A DNA stretch of 63,048 bases, counting the filler, from Octopus bimaculoides (taxonomy: Eukaryota), in assembly GCF_001194135.2 (NCBI RefSeq). It is 11 parts of 11 records of this genome, joined end to end, with 100 filler letters (N's around TTAATTAATTAA, not from the genome) between each part and the next. Parts side by side here need not be neighbours in the genome. Positions count along the whole stretch, not along the records: positions 19,060 to 33,904 come from NC_069004.1; positions 34,005 to 37,332 come from NC_069009.1; positions 37,433 to 40,910 come from NC_069008.1; 8 more parts are not named here. The stretch is one strand, 5' to 3'. The notes beneath the pieces are model-generated. The model saw only the letters and a program-made list of their open reading frames with translations. It did not search any database and was not told the DNA's origin. Position numbers and translations under genes: made by a program. Shown piece by piece: positions 26,199 to 39,424 of this stretch (its first letter is position 1; the number at the start of each line of letters is the position of its first letter).

Positions 26199-27674
26199 TC
26201 AAAAATCCACTTCTAGTACTTTACTTCCCTTTGTATATTTGGGATAAACAGATGAACTAGATCCTTCCAAATTCGCCCAGTCTTGGATCTCTGTTTTTAC
26301 CAATATTGCAAATAATATCGCACCAGATACACATATAATAGCACACAACGCAAACACGATCTGCCATTCTTCTTGTGTACCGTTCGGGGTGAGAGATTTT
26401 GCAGCCACGGAACCAAGGCTGCCTGCTATTGAGGCAAAGGTGTTTGCAATTCCAAATACAACACCAGCGTAACTTGGAGCAATGTCAGTGTTACTGACGA
26501 GGGCACCACCACTGCAAAATGATATTGTTATACCACTGAGAAACAAGAGGAGACTTATTAGAATGGTTTGATCACATCTGAGAAATCCTATTACAATCAA
26601 TAAACTTGCTGAAGCCACCATGGAAAAAGTCTGGAATAAAACACGCACAGAACGAGTTGAGAGATATTTCTTTGAGCGTATAAAATCTGCAAATCTTCCA
26701 CACAACGGTAGAGCAATGATTTGTCCAATGGCAGGAGCAGACGACATTAAACCGTTGGACGTTGTATTGACCTGTAAGGCTTCTTTCATATATAGAGGGA
26801 GCAATACCTGGAAAGATATACTTGTCCAGGCATAAGCAAATAAACCAAAGTTGATTGCCCAAACAGCAGGTGATAACACTAACTGTTTCCATGGTACTTT
26901 TTGAACTACATTTCGACATTTTATACTTTTGTTTAGATAAGAACGTTCTTCTTCGCTGATAGTTGGATGACCGTTTGGATTATCGTAAACAACATAAAAA
27001 CACACACAACTAAACACCAACGATATGCCACCAAATACATAGAATATAGAACCCCATCCATTATCAAAGCCATAATCACAAAGAAAACCAGATATTGAAA
27101 GACCTACAATGCTACCTAGAATTTGACAAGCAAATGCAAACCCTATTAATAATCCTTTCTCTTGTGGAGGTCCCCAGCGTCCAAATAAAGATTGAATTGC
27201 TGCGGACAATGGCCCCGATACGACGCCAGTTAATATCCTTAGAATCAGAGTAAGATAACCACTAATTCGAGACAAACTTGGATGAAGAATGGTCAGGATG
27301 GATGCCGAGAGTAGTGAACCTCCTAGAACTCTTTTCCCACCATATTTATCTGCCAATACACCACCTAAAATATTAGTCACCATATACCCATAAAAATACC
27401 CAGCCAACATGTTAGATTGAAGTGTGTCGCTCCATTCGATTTCTCCTTCAAACGTTTGGTTCGTTGAATGATTTTCCAAACCAGAACAAAGTTGGTTGTT
27501 TGTAGTATTGTTAACTTCCTCAGTTGTACGATTGGGTGTTTTCAACATGCATACAAAAGCCATACTTAGATCAACTCTTAAAGTTTGAAGCAGAAGAAAA
27601 GCCATACCACAAGCATAGCATAATCTCCATCGACACGAATAATAACGCTTCAGTTCGTTGGTAAATTTCGACAT
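26199..27674 (-). CDS. SLC17/sialin-like MFS anion transporter, copy 2 (491 aa from ATG; intronless CDS)
   Basis: Intact ORF colinear with copy 1 and with the same motifs; ATG at 27674. Confidence 0.92.
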   Translation of the reverse strand: MSKFTNELKRYYSCRWRLCYACGMAFLLLQTLRVDLSMAFVCMLKTPNRTTEEVNNTTNNQLCSGLENHSTNQTFEGEIEWSDTLQSNMLAGYFYGYMVTNILGGVLADKYGGKRVLGGSLLSASILTILHPSLSRISGYLTLILRILTGVVSGPLSAAIQSLFGRWGPPQEKGLLIGFAFACQILGSIVGLSISGFLCDYGFDNGWGSIFYVFGGISLVFSCVCFYVVYDNPNGHPTISEEERSYLNKSIKCRNVVQKVPWKQLVLSPAVWAINFGLFAYAWTSISFQVLLPLYMKEALQVNTTSNGLMSSAPAIGQIIALPLCGRFADFIRSKKYLSTRSVRVLFQTFSMVASASLLIVIGFLRCDQTILISLLLFLSGITISFCSGGALVSNTDIAPSYAGVVFGIANTFASIAGSLGSVAAKSLTPNGTQEEWQIVFALCAIICVSGAILFAILVKTEIQDWANLEGSSSSVYPKYTKGSKVLEVDF

Positions 27675-28623
27675 TATTGCGTTTCTTTTTACTGTTTCTT
27701 CATAAAGTTTTGCTTGATGTTTGGTGTCTGAAAGTATATTAGTCCATGTGCACTGTAAGTCCAAAATAACAAAATAAACACAAGAGGGCAACGGTAGTCC
27801 CCTTTAAACACTGAATTCTTTGTGGATGGGTAATTTATTATCGATAAATCTGAAAGTCATTAATCAATCACTATCAAGGAAAGTATTGATAATCGTCAGT
27901 TATGATAATTTGGTTAGTAATTTCGTTCTCTTTACGTTAGAAATAGAAAACATCACGTCTAGTCAAGAAAACAATCAAGAAATAATGTAACAGTGAAGAT
28001 GCAGAGTTGTGACAATAAATTACAGAGAATACAGGTTCAGGGATTCTTTTATAATGTTTAGACCAGGAATCAACAACACTACTTCTAATTCTTTCAGTAT
28101 CTACTGTAAATATGAGACCTCAGACAGGTATAAGACATTGTTGAAAGTTACGTCGTAACCGGTCGGTAAGTATAAAGTATGTATTCATTTCCTCTTGGTT
28201 CTTTGATTTGTATAACATATTTTTCTAAAAGTTTAGTGTAGTTGCGATATTGAATGTTAATCAACTAGAAGAACGCTGTGTATGCGATACAGTTTGAATT
28301 CTTTGTTTAGTTATCTTTTATATTAGTTCCGTACGCCTGTGTGCTGGGATTTACAATATATTTTCAAGTTCTATATAATTCAATCCTTGCATTTAAAACA
28401 TGGCAAAATCTGTAGATCCAGCTTTAGGAAATAATAGTTCAGAGAAAAATGTCGGTGATCAGAATTGATGAAGTTGAGAATTGAAGATCTTTGAGCATTT
28501 CTTTACGTCTCTTTATGTTCTTGGTTCAGGCAAGAATTAATCGATTGTGCATTCACTGAAATGTAAGAAATCAATAGAAAATCATTGAGTGCAATATTAT
28601 ATTTTCCATTACTGATAATTGTA

Positions 28624-28732
<109 letters not shown>

Positions 28733-28737
28733 GTCTG

Positions 28738-28772
<35 letters not shown>

Positions 28773-28805
28773 GTCTGTCTGTCTATCTGTCTGTCTGTCT
28801 GTCTA

Positions 28806-28840
<35 letters not shown>

Positions 28841-29650
28841 GCATGACTTATCTGCTTTCCACCGGTTCTTCAGTCACTAAAACTCCGGAATTGTTTAACG
28901 TTTTGAGGGGTACAGTCTTTCAGTTTCCGTCTACCAAATCCCCTTACAAGGCTTTAGTCATCTCGAGGCCCTAGTAGAAAATAATTGGCCAAGGTGCCAC
29001 GTAGTGGGATTGAACCCGGAACCGTCTTTTTGGGAAGCAACCACATCTGCACCTATAGTGTTTGTTTGTTTGTTTTCTTCTGATCTCTGCTCATTCGTTT
29101 ATAAAACGTGCGCAAAATCTATTGGATCGGTCAAGTGTTATTGGTGAAATCAGTTTCTTTCCTCAGGTATTCAAACGTCCGTTGGTTGAAGTTGATCAGC
29201 AAGAAATTTCGTATGTGGCAGTAAGCTGACATGAGTTCAGGCTTTTTGTGGAGTATCAAGCGGGATGACGTCATATAACAAAGTTCGTGTTTACCAACTT
29301 CAAAGTAGACGCACGTTCAGGCACCTAGCAGAATAATCGACGTCAATACAAAAACAGCAGCCTCGCCAATTAAACGAAGAATCAATCCACTAATCACGTG
29401 ACTACCACGTGATTAATCGCTTTAGCAGATGTTAATGTAGATATCTATGCCGTCCACAGTTCGTACAATATTCCACTTGATATATAATGTCTTAAAGTAT
29501 GTGATTTCATAAATGATGTGGTTTATATTTTAACAAAAATATAAGACAGTTGCAGCAGTTTAAATCTTATTTTCCATTTCTTCTGAATTTTTTTTATTAC
29601 TTCGTATGACTCAAACAAATCATATTTAAAATAAATGATGTCTTACTTAC

Positions 29651-30180
29651 CGTTTCTTTGTCATCTTTCTCACGTCTGTCCTTGACCTTCGTATACAATG
29701 GCACCTGTGATCGTTGTCAACTCAAGCTACAACAGAACCTGAACAAATTCTGTCCTTCATTCGGTATCTATTACCTTCCTATGAATGCCTTGATGTCATA
29801 TAATCCTCCAGTGACAGAATTACACGCGATTTAATTGTTAACGCTCAGTAATCCCTGAAATTCCATGTCTATGGTAGACTTCCTTCCACCTACGACAACG
29901 CTGTCTTCAATTATATTTAGCGCATCTTATAGACCTACTGCATCAAGTAATATATGATCTCATAAGACAGTAAGGAATGGTCTTTTAACATTAAAGTCGC
30001 TTATATTGACATGAAAATTACAAAATATCCACACTGCCAGGGTCTGAGTGCGTGAACACGTTAAAAGAATCATTTATATATAACATAATCCTAGGCCAGA
30101 TGTCGTCTGTTACACAATACTTTCATTTGTCCCAGTTGATAAATATACATAATTAGATAAGGCATTATGTTAACTGAATA
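29651..30180 (-). promoter_or_regulatory. Putative upstream exon and promoter of SLC17 copy 2
   Basis: Same donor and block as 24705-25242, offset 4938 bp. Confidence 0.5.
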
Positions 30181-30187
30181 TGTATGT

Positions 30188-30220
<33 letters not shown>

Positions 30221-32293
30221 GGTTGTTTAGAAAAAGGTGTACACATATCGAATGATTATATAATCTTTGTCTATTAAAATATATTTCATGTTCAAAATTT
30301 ATAGAATCTACAGACAGAATTGAATTATTTTATGAGCGTCTGTTTTCAAACGGTTGACCGAACCAGTGGAGTCGCAGACTTCAAGAAACCTTTCGGTCGG
30401 TATTTGTGCGCATTCTCGTGTCATGGCTACTCTCAATTTATCCATTGTTGCTGATTTTGTACCTTAAACTTTATCTTTTAAGTTCCTTGAACTCTGGTAG
30501 TGCACTTTTACCATCTTAATCATGCTTTGCGGGGCCTGTCGATGTCTGTGGAATTCCAAGACCGCTTCTTGGTGACATTCTAATCAATTCTTTCTACTTC
30601 AAACTTATCTCTAATTCGAGTGAAAACCCATCGTTTTTACAGATTATTATTCTCCCATAATTCTCCCTTTCCTCCTTCTCTTACCCATGCCGTACCTCCT
30701 CCTCCTACTCTTCTTATCTGCATCCTTCTACGATAGCCATATTTATGTATTCCCCCACACGACCAAAGCTTTGTGAGTGGATTTGGTAGACGGAAGCTTA
30801 TCTGACTACTGACATTCACTGCTGTTTCTTTGCCATTGTTTACCCTTTGACAGACCATCCGGCTGTCTCCCACCCTTATCATATACTTAATCTCGCTCTT
30901 TCCTAGTTTTCGTCAACTGATGTCTTCAGAATAGTCATTCTCTTTCAGTTACCTCCACCCCTCTCTTATTCTCTCTTTTTCTCTTGATTTTCCTTATCTC
31001 GCTCACTCTATCTTTTCCAAAACTTTATATATGTAAACACTGCTATTATTATGAATATATATTGTGTGTGTATATGTATATTAATAGATATGTATGCATG
31101 TATATATATAATATATATACATATGTTGATATGTATATGAATATATTGATACATATATACATATTGAGATCTACTTATTACAAAATAACCCCACGCATCT
31201 ATATTATAATGATTGAAGAAGTGCAGGACTGTGTCCAGTTTTTTTCCAGTTTATTTTTATTTTATTAAAAAACGCCATATTACTTTGAAGAAATTATAAA
31301 TGAATATTAGAAAATATTTAAACTATAACGTTTATTTGTATAATAAACATAAATATAAAGCTTAATATTACAAGATTTGCTTCTGGTTTAAATGTCAACT
31401 TCCGTTTGAATTCCATATGTAAACAAATATCTTTTCTTCGTGTTCGTAAAAATGTAATAATGCGAAAAAATAATAAAACAAGTGAATAAATTATTTTTGA
31501 AAATATTACGTGGTATAAAAACAATAATCCCTATCTAGTAGAATTAAGTTTTCAAATTGTGTTAGACTGCGGTCATGCTGGGGTACCACTTTGAAATTAT
31601 TTAGTCAAAAATATCATCTCCCAACACAATTCTTCGCACATGGTCAGATGTATGTTACATTATCAAGAGCGTCAAGAAAAGAAAATATAACAATATTAAC
31701 CGAGATAAATGAAAAGTGTCCATTTGTTGACAGTTGTGTCCACAAAAAAATTCTACAGTGATGTGAAACATTCATTGTCCTCTTTTAATTGAAATGTATT
31801 TAATCTTTTTTAATTGCTAGGAAAGGGACACTAGAAACACTTCAGACGTCTATAAGGGAATATAATGAAACAACAATATAGCAAAACTCAATTCTTCATA
31901 TTGGTAAATGTAATTCCTTAATTCCCAGCAGAGCATCTATTTTCTAATTCACTCAAGTGAAGATTCATGAACATTTTCCCTTGACAGTCTCATCTCTTTT
32001 CCAATTTTCTTTATCGTCTTTTTTAAATGCATTATGGATTATTTTACTGATGACAGAATAAAATATAACTGAGTCTGTGTTCAATTCATGAGAATATTGT
32101 CAATTTACTCTATAATCTATGTATCATATCTATATGTATATATAATATCAATATGAGCAACACATATGCCAGCGGAGGGCGGTTTTTCTGCTAGTCTATG
32201 TAATACTGTATGATAATATTAATATCATAAGCCATCAGTAGTCTAGCACACACTAATCTAGTTAAGCTACTTATTTCTATTCTAACAGATGAG

Positions 32294-33541
32294 CTAGCTA
32301 GATCCCTCTGAACTTGCCCAGTCTTGAATATCTGTTCTTACCAATATTGCAAATAATATTGCTCCAGAAACACATACAACAGCACACAACGCAAACACAA
32401 CCTGCCATTCTTCTCGTGTACCGTTTGGGGTGAGAGCTTTTGCGGCCACGGAACTAAGGCTGCCTGCCATTGACCCGAAAGTGTTACCGATTCCATATAT
32501 AATACCAGCATAACTTGGAGCAATGTCTCTGCTGTTAACGAGAACACCGCCACTGGTAAATGATAGCGATATACCACTGAGAAACAAAAGCAGAGTTATT
32601 AGAATAGTTCTGTCACATCTGAGGAATCCCATGGCAATCAGCAGACTTGCTGAAACAACCATAGCAAATGTTTGGAATAAAATTCGAACTGAACGCGTTG
32701 ACAGATATTTCTTTGAACGTAAAAAATCTGCAAATCTTCCACATAATGGCATAGAAATAATTTGTCCAACCGAAGGAGAAGACGACATGAAACCGTTGGA
32801 CGTTGTATCAACGTTTAAGGCTTCTTTCATATATAAAGGCAGCAACACCATGAAAGATATATTCGTCCAAGCATAACTAAACAAACCGACATTAATTGCC
32901 CATACAGCCAGTGATAACAACAACCGTTTCCATGGTACTATTCTAACTATATTTACACATCTTATAGCNNNNNNNNNNTACAGCCAGTGATAACAACAAC
33001 CGTTTCCATGGTACTATTCTAACTATATTTACACATCTTATAGCATTGTTTAAATAAGAAAGCTCTTCTTCGATGATTGCAGGATGGACATTTGGATTAT
33101 CGTAAACAACATAAAACCACACACAACTAAACATGAATGATATTCCACCAAATACATAAAATATAGAACCCCATCCATTATCAAATCCATATACACAGAG
33201 GTAACCTGCTGCTGAAAGACCTACAATATTACCTAGAATTTGACCTGCAAATGAAAACCCTATCAATATACCTATCTCTTGGATTGTAGTGAGTTGCTCC
33301 ATTCAAACTCTCCTTCAAACGTTTGGTTCGTTGAATGATTCTCTAAACCTGAACAATGTTGATCGTTTGTAGTATTGTTAACTTCCTCAGTTGTACGATT
33401 GGGTGTTTTCAACATGCATACAAAAGCCATACTTAGATCAACTCTTAAAGTTTGAAGCAGAAGAAAAGCCATACCACAAGCATAGCATAATCTCCATCGA
33501 CACGAATAATAACGCTTCAGTTCGTTGGTAAATTTCGACAT
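32294..33541 (-). pseudogene. SLC17/sialin-like copy 3, frameshifted
   Basis: ATG at 33541. About 250 bp missing at 33281/33282 relative to copy 2 (joins 'LQS' to 'QE', out of frame). A 4-bp ctag duplication near 32294 creates an early stop. The 66-bp repeat across the gap at 32969-32978 is an assembly overlap. Confidence 0.8.
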
Positions 33542-34024
33542 TTTTGCGTTTCTTTTTACTGTTTCTTCATAAAGTTTTGCTTGATGTTTGGAGTCCGAAG
33601 GTATATTAGTCCATGTGCATTGTAAGTCCAAAATGTTTAAAGGAAAATTAGAGGCCGACAGTGGTCTCCGTTTAACAATTTATTTCTTTTATTTGGCAAA
33701 GGTGTGGAACAGCAATTTCTTATCGATATATCCGAATGTCATTAATCAATCACTACAAAAGCAAGAATTGATCATCTTTAGAAGTGATCGCTTTTTTTGT
33801 TAGTTATTACTTTCTTGCTTTCCTTGGAAATAGGAATCAATAACTGTGAATTTGCAGAATGGTGACAAATTACAAAGAACACAGATTCTGGAATTTTGTT
33901 ATATNNNNNNNNNNNNNNNNNNNNNNNNNNNNNNNNNNNNNNNNNNNNTTAATTAATTAANNNNNNNNNNNNNNNNNNNNNNNNNNNNNNNNNNNNNNNN
34001 NNNNAAGAAGAAGAAGAAGAAGAA

Positions 34025-34071
<47 letters not shown>

Positions 34072-34932
34072 AGAAGAAGAAGAAGAAGAAGAAGAATACC
34101 ATTTTACTATTGCCTGCCTTTGACGCTTGTTCATATTTCTCCGTCTCCCCGTTATCACCTAGATAATCACTACATCCATTTTCCCCCTTATCTCTTTCCT
34201 CCTAGTCATTCTTCAGTTCTTCTGCTTCTTTACCTTCTTCTTCAAACGCTTATGGAAGAACTACGTCAGTCACATCATTCTTTATCCTATTGATCATTAT
34301 TACCATCACCTTCATCTTCGTTTTCTTCTTTTTCTTTTTTCTTCTTTCCCTTCTTTTCTTCTTTTCTTCATCTTCTTCTCCGTGTTCTTTTTCTCATTCG
34401 TCTGCTTCCATTCTACCGTTTATTCTACTCCTATATATTGTTGTTGCTTTGTGTTGATGTTGTTCTTCTTCAACTTCTCCGTGTTTTGCTTCTTTTTCTT
34501 TTCCTTCTTTTCTTTCAACCTTTCTTTTTACTCCGATGTATTTTCCTTCTTTAATTCGCCACCCTTTCCTCATTTTCCTTTCATTTATTTTAATTTTTCT
34601 GCCTAATTACTGTCAGCTTATCCTTTGTCTTCTGCCATTCCAGTTTTCTCTTTTAGCTTCATTTAGATCATATCGGTTTTTATGTTTAGAATTGCCGTTC
34701 TCTCCCGACCTGTTAACACTTTACTTCTTGTTGCTATGGGTCCTGTTCTTCTCTGCTTCTTTTTTTCTTTTTCCTCTTACTTCACGTTTTTCTTCCAAAT
34801 TTTAAACTTATTTCAGTAAGTCATCTCAAATTTCTTTTACATCACGTTTTTCCTAATTTCTTTTTTTTAATTTTTTCTTTTATTCATCAAGTTCTACTTA
34901 GCTCATTTTTATTTATTTATTTTTTTTGACAG

Positions 34933-35004
34933 CAATTTGGGTGGTAATCAGATCAAGGAAATCAGAGCAGAAACCTTCCGAAATCTTTCCAGTTTAACAA
35001 CTCT
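34933..35004 (+). CDS. 72-bp leucine-rich-repeat exon (phase 2-2) of an unidentified LRR gene
   Basis: tttttttgacag|...|gtaagt; translates NLGGNQIKEIRAETFRNLSSLTTL, one typical 24-aa LRR. Confidence 0.85.
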
Positions 35005-35527
35005 GTAAGTTGAGTTAGATTTGCTTATACTTTTGTATTAACGATATATTTCTATTTATGCAATATCTGCCCATACTTCATTTAATCTCCCTCACGCGAC
35101 CTTACCTCTTCTGTCACTCTTTCTCCCAGGTATGTGCTATTGAGAATGTGACAATAGAATGCATGCAGGTATGTATATATGTATATATATATATATATAT
35201 NNNNNNNNNNNNNNNNNNNNNNNNNNNNNNNNNNNNNNNNNNNNNNNNNNNNNNNNNNNNNNNNNNNNNNNNNNNNNNNNNNNNNNNNNNNNNNNNNNNN
35301 NNNNNNNNNNNNNNNNNNNNNNNNNNNNNNNNNNNNNNNNNNNNNNNNNNNNNNNNNNNNNNNNNNNNNNNNNNNNNNNNNNNNNNNNNNNNNNNNNNNN
35401 NNNNNNNNNNNNNNNNNNNNNNNNNNNNNNNNNNNNNNNNNNNNNNNNNNNNNNNNNNNNNNNNNNNNNNNNNNNNNNNNNNNNNNNNNNNNNNNNNNNN
35501 NNNNNNNNNNNNNNNNNNNNNNNNNNN

Positions 35528-35560
<33 letters not shown>

Positions 35561-36997
35561 GCATGTATATGTATGTATATGTATATATGTGTATGGATGA
35601 GTGTACGCGAGTGTTTCAGCTTGTGGGTAATTCGGGCGATATATTAGGTATGGTGTTTACCTTTCGATCATCACTTATTACTTCTAGCCTCAATCACCTC
35701 CACCACCCCCTTCTACTTGTCTATAACGAAAAAAGACAGCTGCAAGAAAAGCAGTGTAGTAGTAGCGCTACTTGTAGTGCTGCTGCATGTGGTGGATACC
35801 AGCGGTGAGAAGGAATTTGACCACCGATCACGAATTTGTCAATGATTCTGTCCTTTGTGATATCGATTGCGGGCTAAAGAGAGTTTGAGTGAATATGAGT
35901 GTATATGTGTGTGTGTTTGTGTATATGTGTGTGTATGTGTGTATGTGTGTGTGTGTGTGTGTGATTGCGTTTGTATATGTTCATTTGTGTATGTGCCAAT
36001 ACAAGTTCCGCTCTTATATGTATGTGTGAGTGCTTGAGAATATATGCGAATGCGTGTTCAATCCTGTATTTAACTCTTCAACTTTGTCTCAGTTATAGAC
36101 CAGCTTCGATTGCCGACAATGACAATAACTCATAATATACATTTTCCTTATATTCTCTTCTTTCAAGCTTTCTCTGTTCTCGTTCTCATTTTTCATTTTT
36201 TGTTCGTTGTCCTCCCCTTTCTTTTTTTCGTCTTGATATTCGGCGTTGTCTCGGTCGTCGTCTTAACCATAACAATACTCTTCCTCTCATCAATTAATTC
36301 TCCTTTCTTTTATTTTCATCTATTTATTCTACTCTAATATCTTCTCTCTCTTCGTCATCCACATCTATTCATAATGTAACCCTTGTTTCTTATAATTTCT
36401 ATTCTACATCGCCACGTATAATTCTTGCAAACCGTTTGCGGAATCTTCCTTTATATATAAACATTATAACCCAACTTGATTGAACTTGCAACACTTCTTC
36501 TTCTTTTTCTTCTTCTTCTCCTCCTCCTCCTCCTCCTCCTACTTCTTCTTTTTCTTCTTCTTCTTCTTCTTCTTCTTCTTCTTCTTCTTCTTCTTCTTCT
36601 TCTTCTTCTTTTTCTTCTTCTAATTCTACTTCACTTCCACCCTTTCTTCTTGTTTTTAGCTTCTACATTTGATCTCCCTTCAGCGGATTCTATTTTTCGC
36701 ATTCTCATTCCTCTCCGACCTCTTAAAAATTTGTTTGCTGTTGCTGTCGTCCTTCTGTCTTTCTCTTTTCTTTTCTTTCTTTACTTTGTTCTCCTACTCT
36801 ATCCCGACCTTCCCTTTAGCCTCTTTTCCGTCTTTTTATTCTACTTCCCATACTTCAGAATTTTCTGAATTTTAAACTTTTTTCAGGAAGTCTCTCAAAC
36901 TCCTTTTACATCACACTTTTCCTGAATTCATTTTCTTCTTTTATTCATCAACAATCACTTGCATAAAAATTCTACTTCACTCTATTTTATTTGACAG

Positions 36998-37069
36998 AAA
37001 TGTGGGTGGTAACGATATCAAAGAAATCAAAAGAGAAACATTACAAAATCTTTCCAGTTTAACAAAACT
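36998..37069 (+). CDS. Second 72-bp LRR exon (phase 2-2), duplicate of the first
   Basis: ttttatttgacag|...|gtaagt; translates NVGGNDIKEIKRETLQNLSSLTKL. Flanking introns resemble those of the first exon. Confidence 0.85.
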
Positions 37070-37258
37070 GTAAGTGGAACCGGTCTTGTTTATAGTATGT
37101 AATTGATATATTTCTAAACATGTAATATTTTATAATACTAAATTGTAATCTCCTTGACCCGACTTTACCTCTACTATCATTCTCTGTCCAAAGTGTGTCC
37201 TACTGAGTGTGACAACAGATGGGATAAATAAAGTGCAAGCATATATATATATGAGGAA

Positions 37259-37332
<74 letters not shown>

Positions 37333-37432
37333 NNNNNNNNNNNNNNNNNNNNNNNNNNNNNNNNNNNNNNNNNNNNTTAATTAATTAANNNNNNNNNNNN
37401 NNNNNNNNNNNNNNNNNNNNNNNNNNNNNNNN

Positions 37433-37469
<37 letters not shown>

Positions 37470-37593
37470 CCAAGTTTCAAGAACTCATCGATGAAAATCC
37501 ACTATCACATATAGAAAAATTAATAATTAAAAGCACAATAAATGAGTATAATATAAAACAAAGTAAATATCATATGATAATATATATATATAT

Positions 37594-37646
<53 letters not shown>

Positions 37647-39424
37647 CAGACATCATATTTTCCAAACTTTCTGACAAAAATTTACAGCCAAAAATGGTAC
37701 GCTGCCTTATAAACCAAAATGACTTCGGCGGACCAAAATTTCTATATGAAATGCAGCAGGATTTTGGAAGACAGAGACGATGTTTGAATGTTTATACTAT
37801 ATTCTACATCAATTTGAAACTACGGTATCTCTCTGTTTATCTCTCTCTTGTCTTCATCTGTTTGAGTTCTTGTCTACTATATTTTGCGGAATAGAAGTCG
37901 AAATTTTCAGACCAAAGTTTACAGCCAGAAAAAGTAGGTCGACTTCTACACCCAAACAACCTTGGAAGATAGGAATCCCATGTAAGATGCGGAAGGATCT
38001 AAAAAGAGAGTGACGATGTTTGTAAGGTTTATTACTACACGGGTATACTATAGACAACAATGACTTGTATGACGGAATCTACGTCATGCTAACACCCTGA
38101 GGAAATCACTTGGCGCTTGCAATAATGATTATCGACAGTGGTGTGTCATAGCTTCTAAAAGAGAAGTGTGGCAACATGGCCCTGCGGTATTTGTCTACCT
38201 CTCTGAGTACTCGTAGGGTTGGTTGCCTTTGAGAACAAGAGAAGACTGGGAGAAAAGCGTGATGCAGCGCCGCTGTCCTACATCCTCATCTTTCTTTCTG
38301 TGTGTATCTCTCCCACACACTCTCTCTCTCTCTTTCTCTCTCAGCCTCCTTCTATATATATATATGTATATAAAGTACAGACTTACTTGCAAAAAGGACG
38401 TGTGCGTTCAATGATGTAATAATACAAAGAACATATATGCATGTATACACACATATATGTGCATACTTACATCTACATATGTATATAGATGCATATCAGG
38501 GTACGGGACGTTAGAACAATGAACTACAGACAACGGAACGGACACATAGGAAAACAGAAAGCCACTTGGAATTATTCATTCATCAGCTGCCTCTATTCTA
38601 ACTCGACGTTTCGAAGATAAGGCAGACAGTACTCTAGAATAGTCTCTTCCTGAGTAGTGGATCAACCCACTAAACAGAGGATTCCAAGGTGGAAAACACA
38701 AACCAAGACAGGAAAAATTGGACAGTGAAAACAACATTAAAAAGCCGTACGGCCAAACGCGAATATATATGTATGTATGTATATATATANNNNNNNNNNN
38801 NNNNNNNNNNNNNNNNNNNNNNNNNNNNNNNNNNNNNNNNNNNNNNNNNNNNNNNNNNNNNNNNNNNNNNNNNNNNNNNNNNNNNNNNNNNNNNNNNNNN
38901 NNNNNNNNNNNNNNNNNNNNNNNNNNNNNNNNNNNNNNNNNNNNNNNNNNNNNNNNNNNNNNNNNNNNNNNNNNNNNNNNNNNNNNNNNNNNNNNNNNNN
39001 NNNNNNNNNNNNNNNNNNNNNNNNNNNNNNNNNNNNNNNNNNNNNNNNNNNNNNNNNNNNNNNNNNNNNNNNNNNNNNNNNNNNNNNNNNNNNNNNNNNN
39101 NNNNNNNNNNNNNNNNNNNNNNNNNNNNNNNNNNNNNNNNNNNNNNNNNNNNNNNNNNNNNNNNNNNNNNNNNNNNNNNNNNNNNNNNNNNNNNNNNNNN
39201 NNNNNNNNNNNNNNNNNNNNNNNNNNNNNNNNNNNNNNNNNNNNNNNNNNNNNNNNNNNNNNNNNNNNNNNNNNNNNNNNNNNNNNNNNNNNNNNNNNNN
39301 NNNNNNNNNNNNNNNNNNNNNNNNNNNNNNNNNNNNNNNNNNNNNNNNNNNNNNNNNNNNNNNNNNNNNNNNNNNNNNNNNNNNNNNNNNNNNNNNNATA
39401 TATATATATATATATATATATATA

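Noticed and set aside
30895-30945. Minus-strand CTGAAGA...GAAA
   Set aside because: No helix II, helix III or helix I pairing.
32903-33044. 66-bp direct repeat inside SLC17 copy 3
   Set aside because: Identical copies on each side of a 10-N gap indicate unmerged contig overlap.
38575-38660. Minus-strand cgaaacgtc and ctgatga motifs suggesting a hammerhead
   Set aside because: The elements are in the wrong order or lack a core before helix II; cannot be folded.
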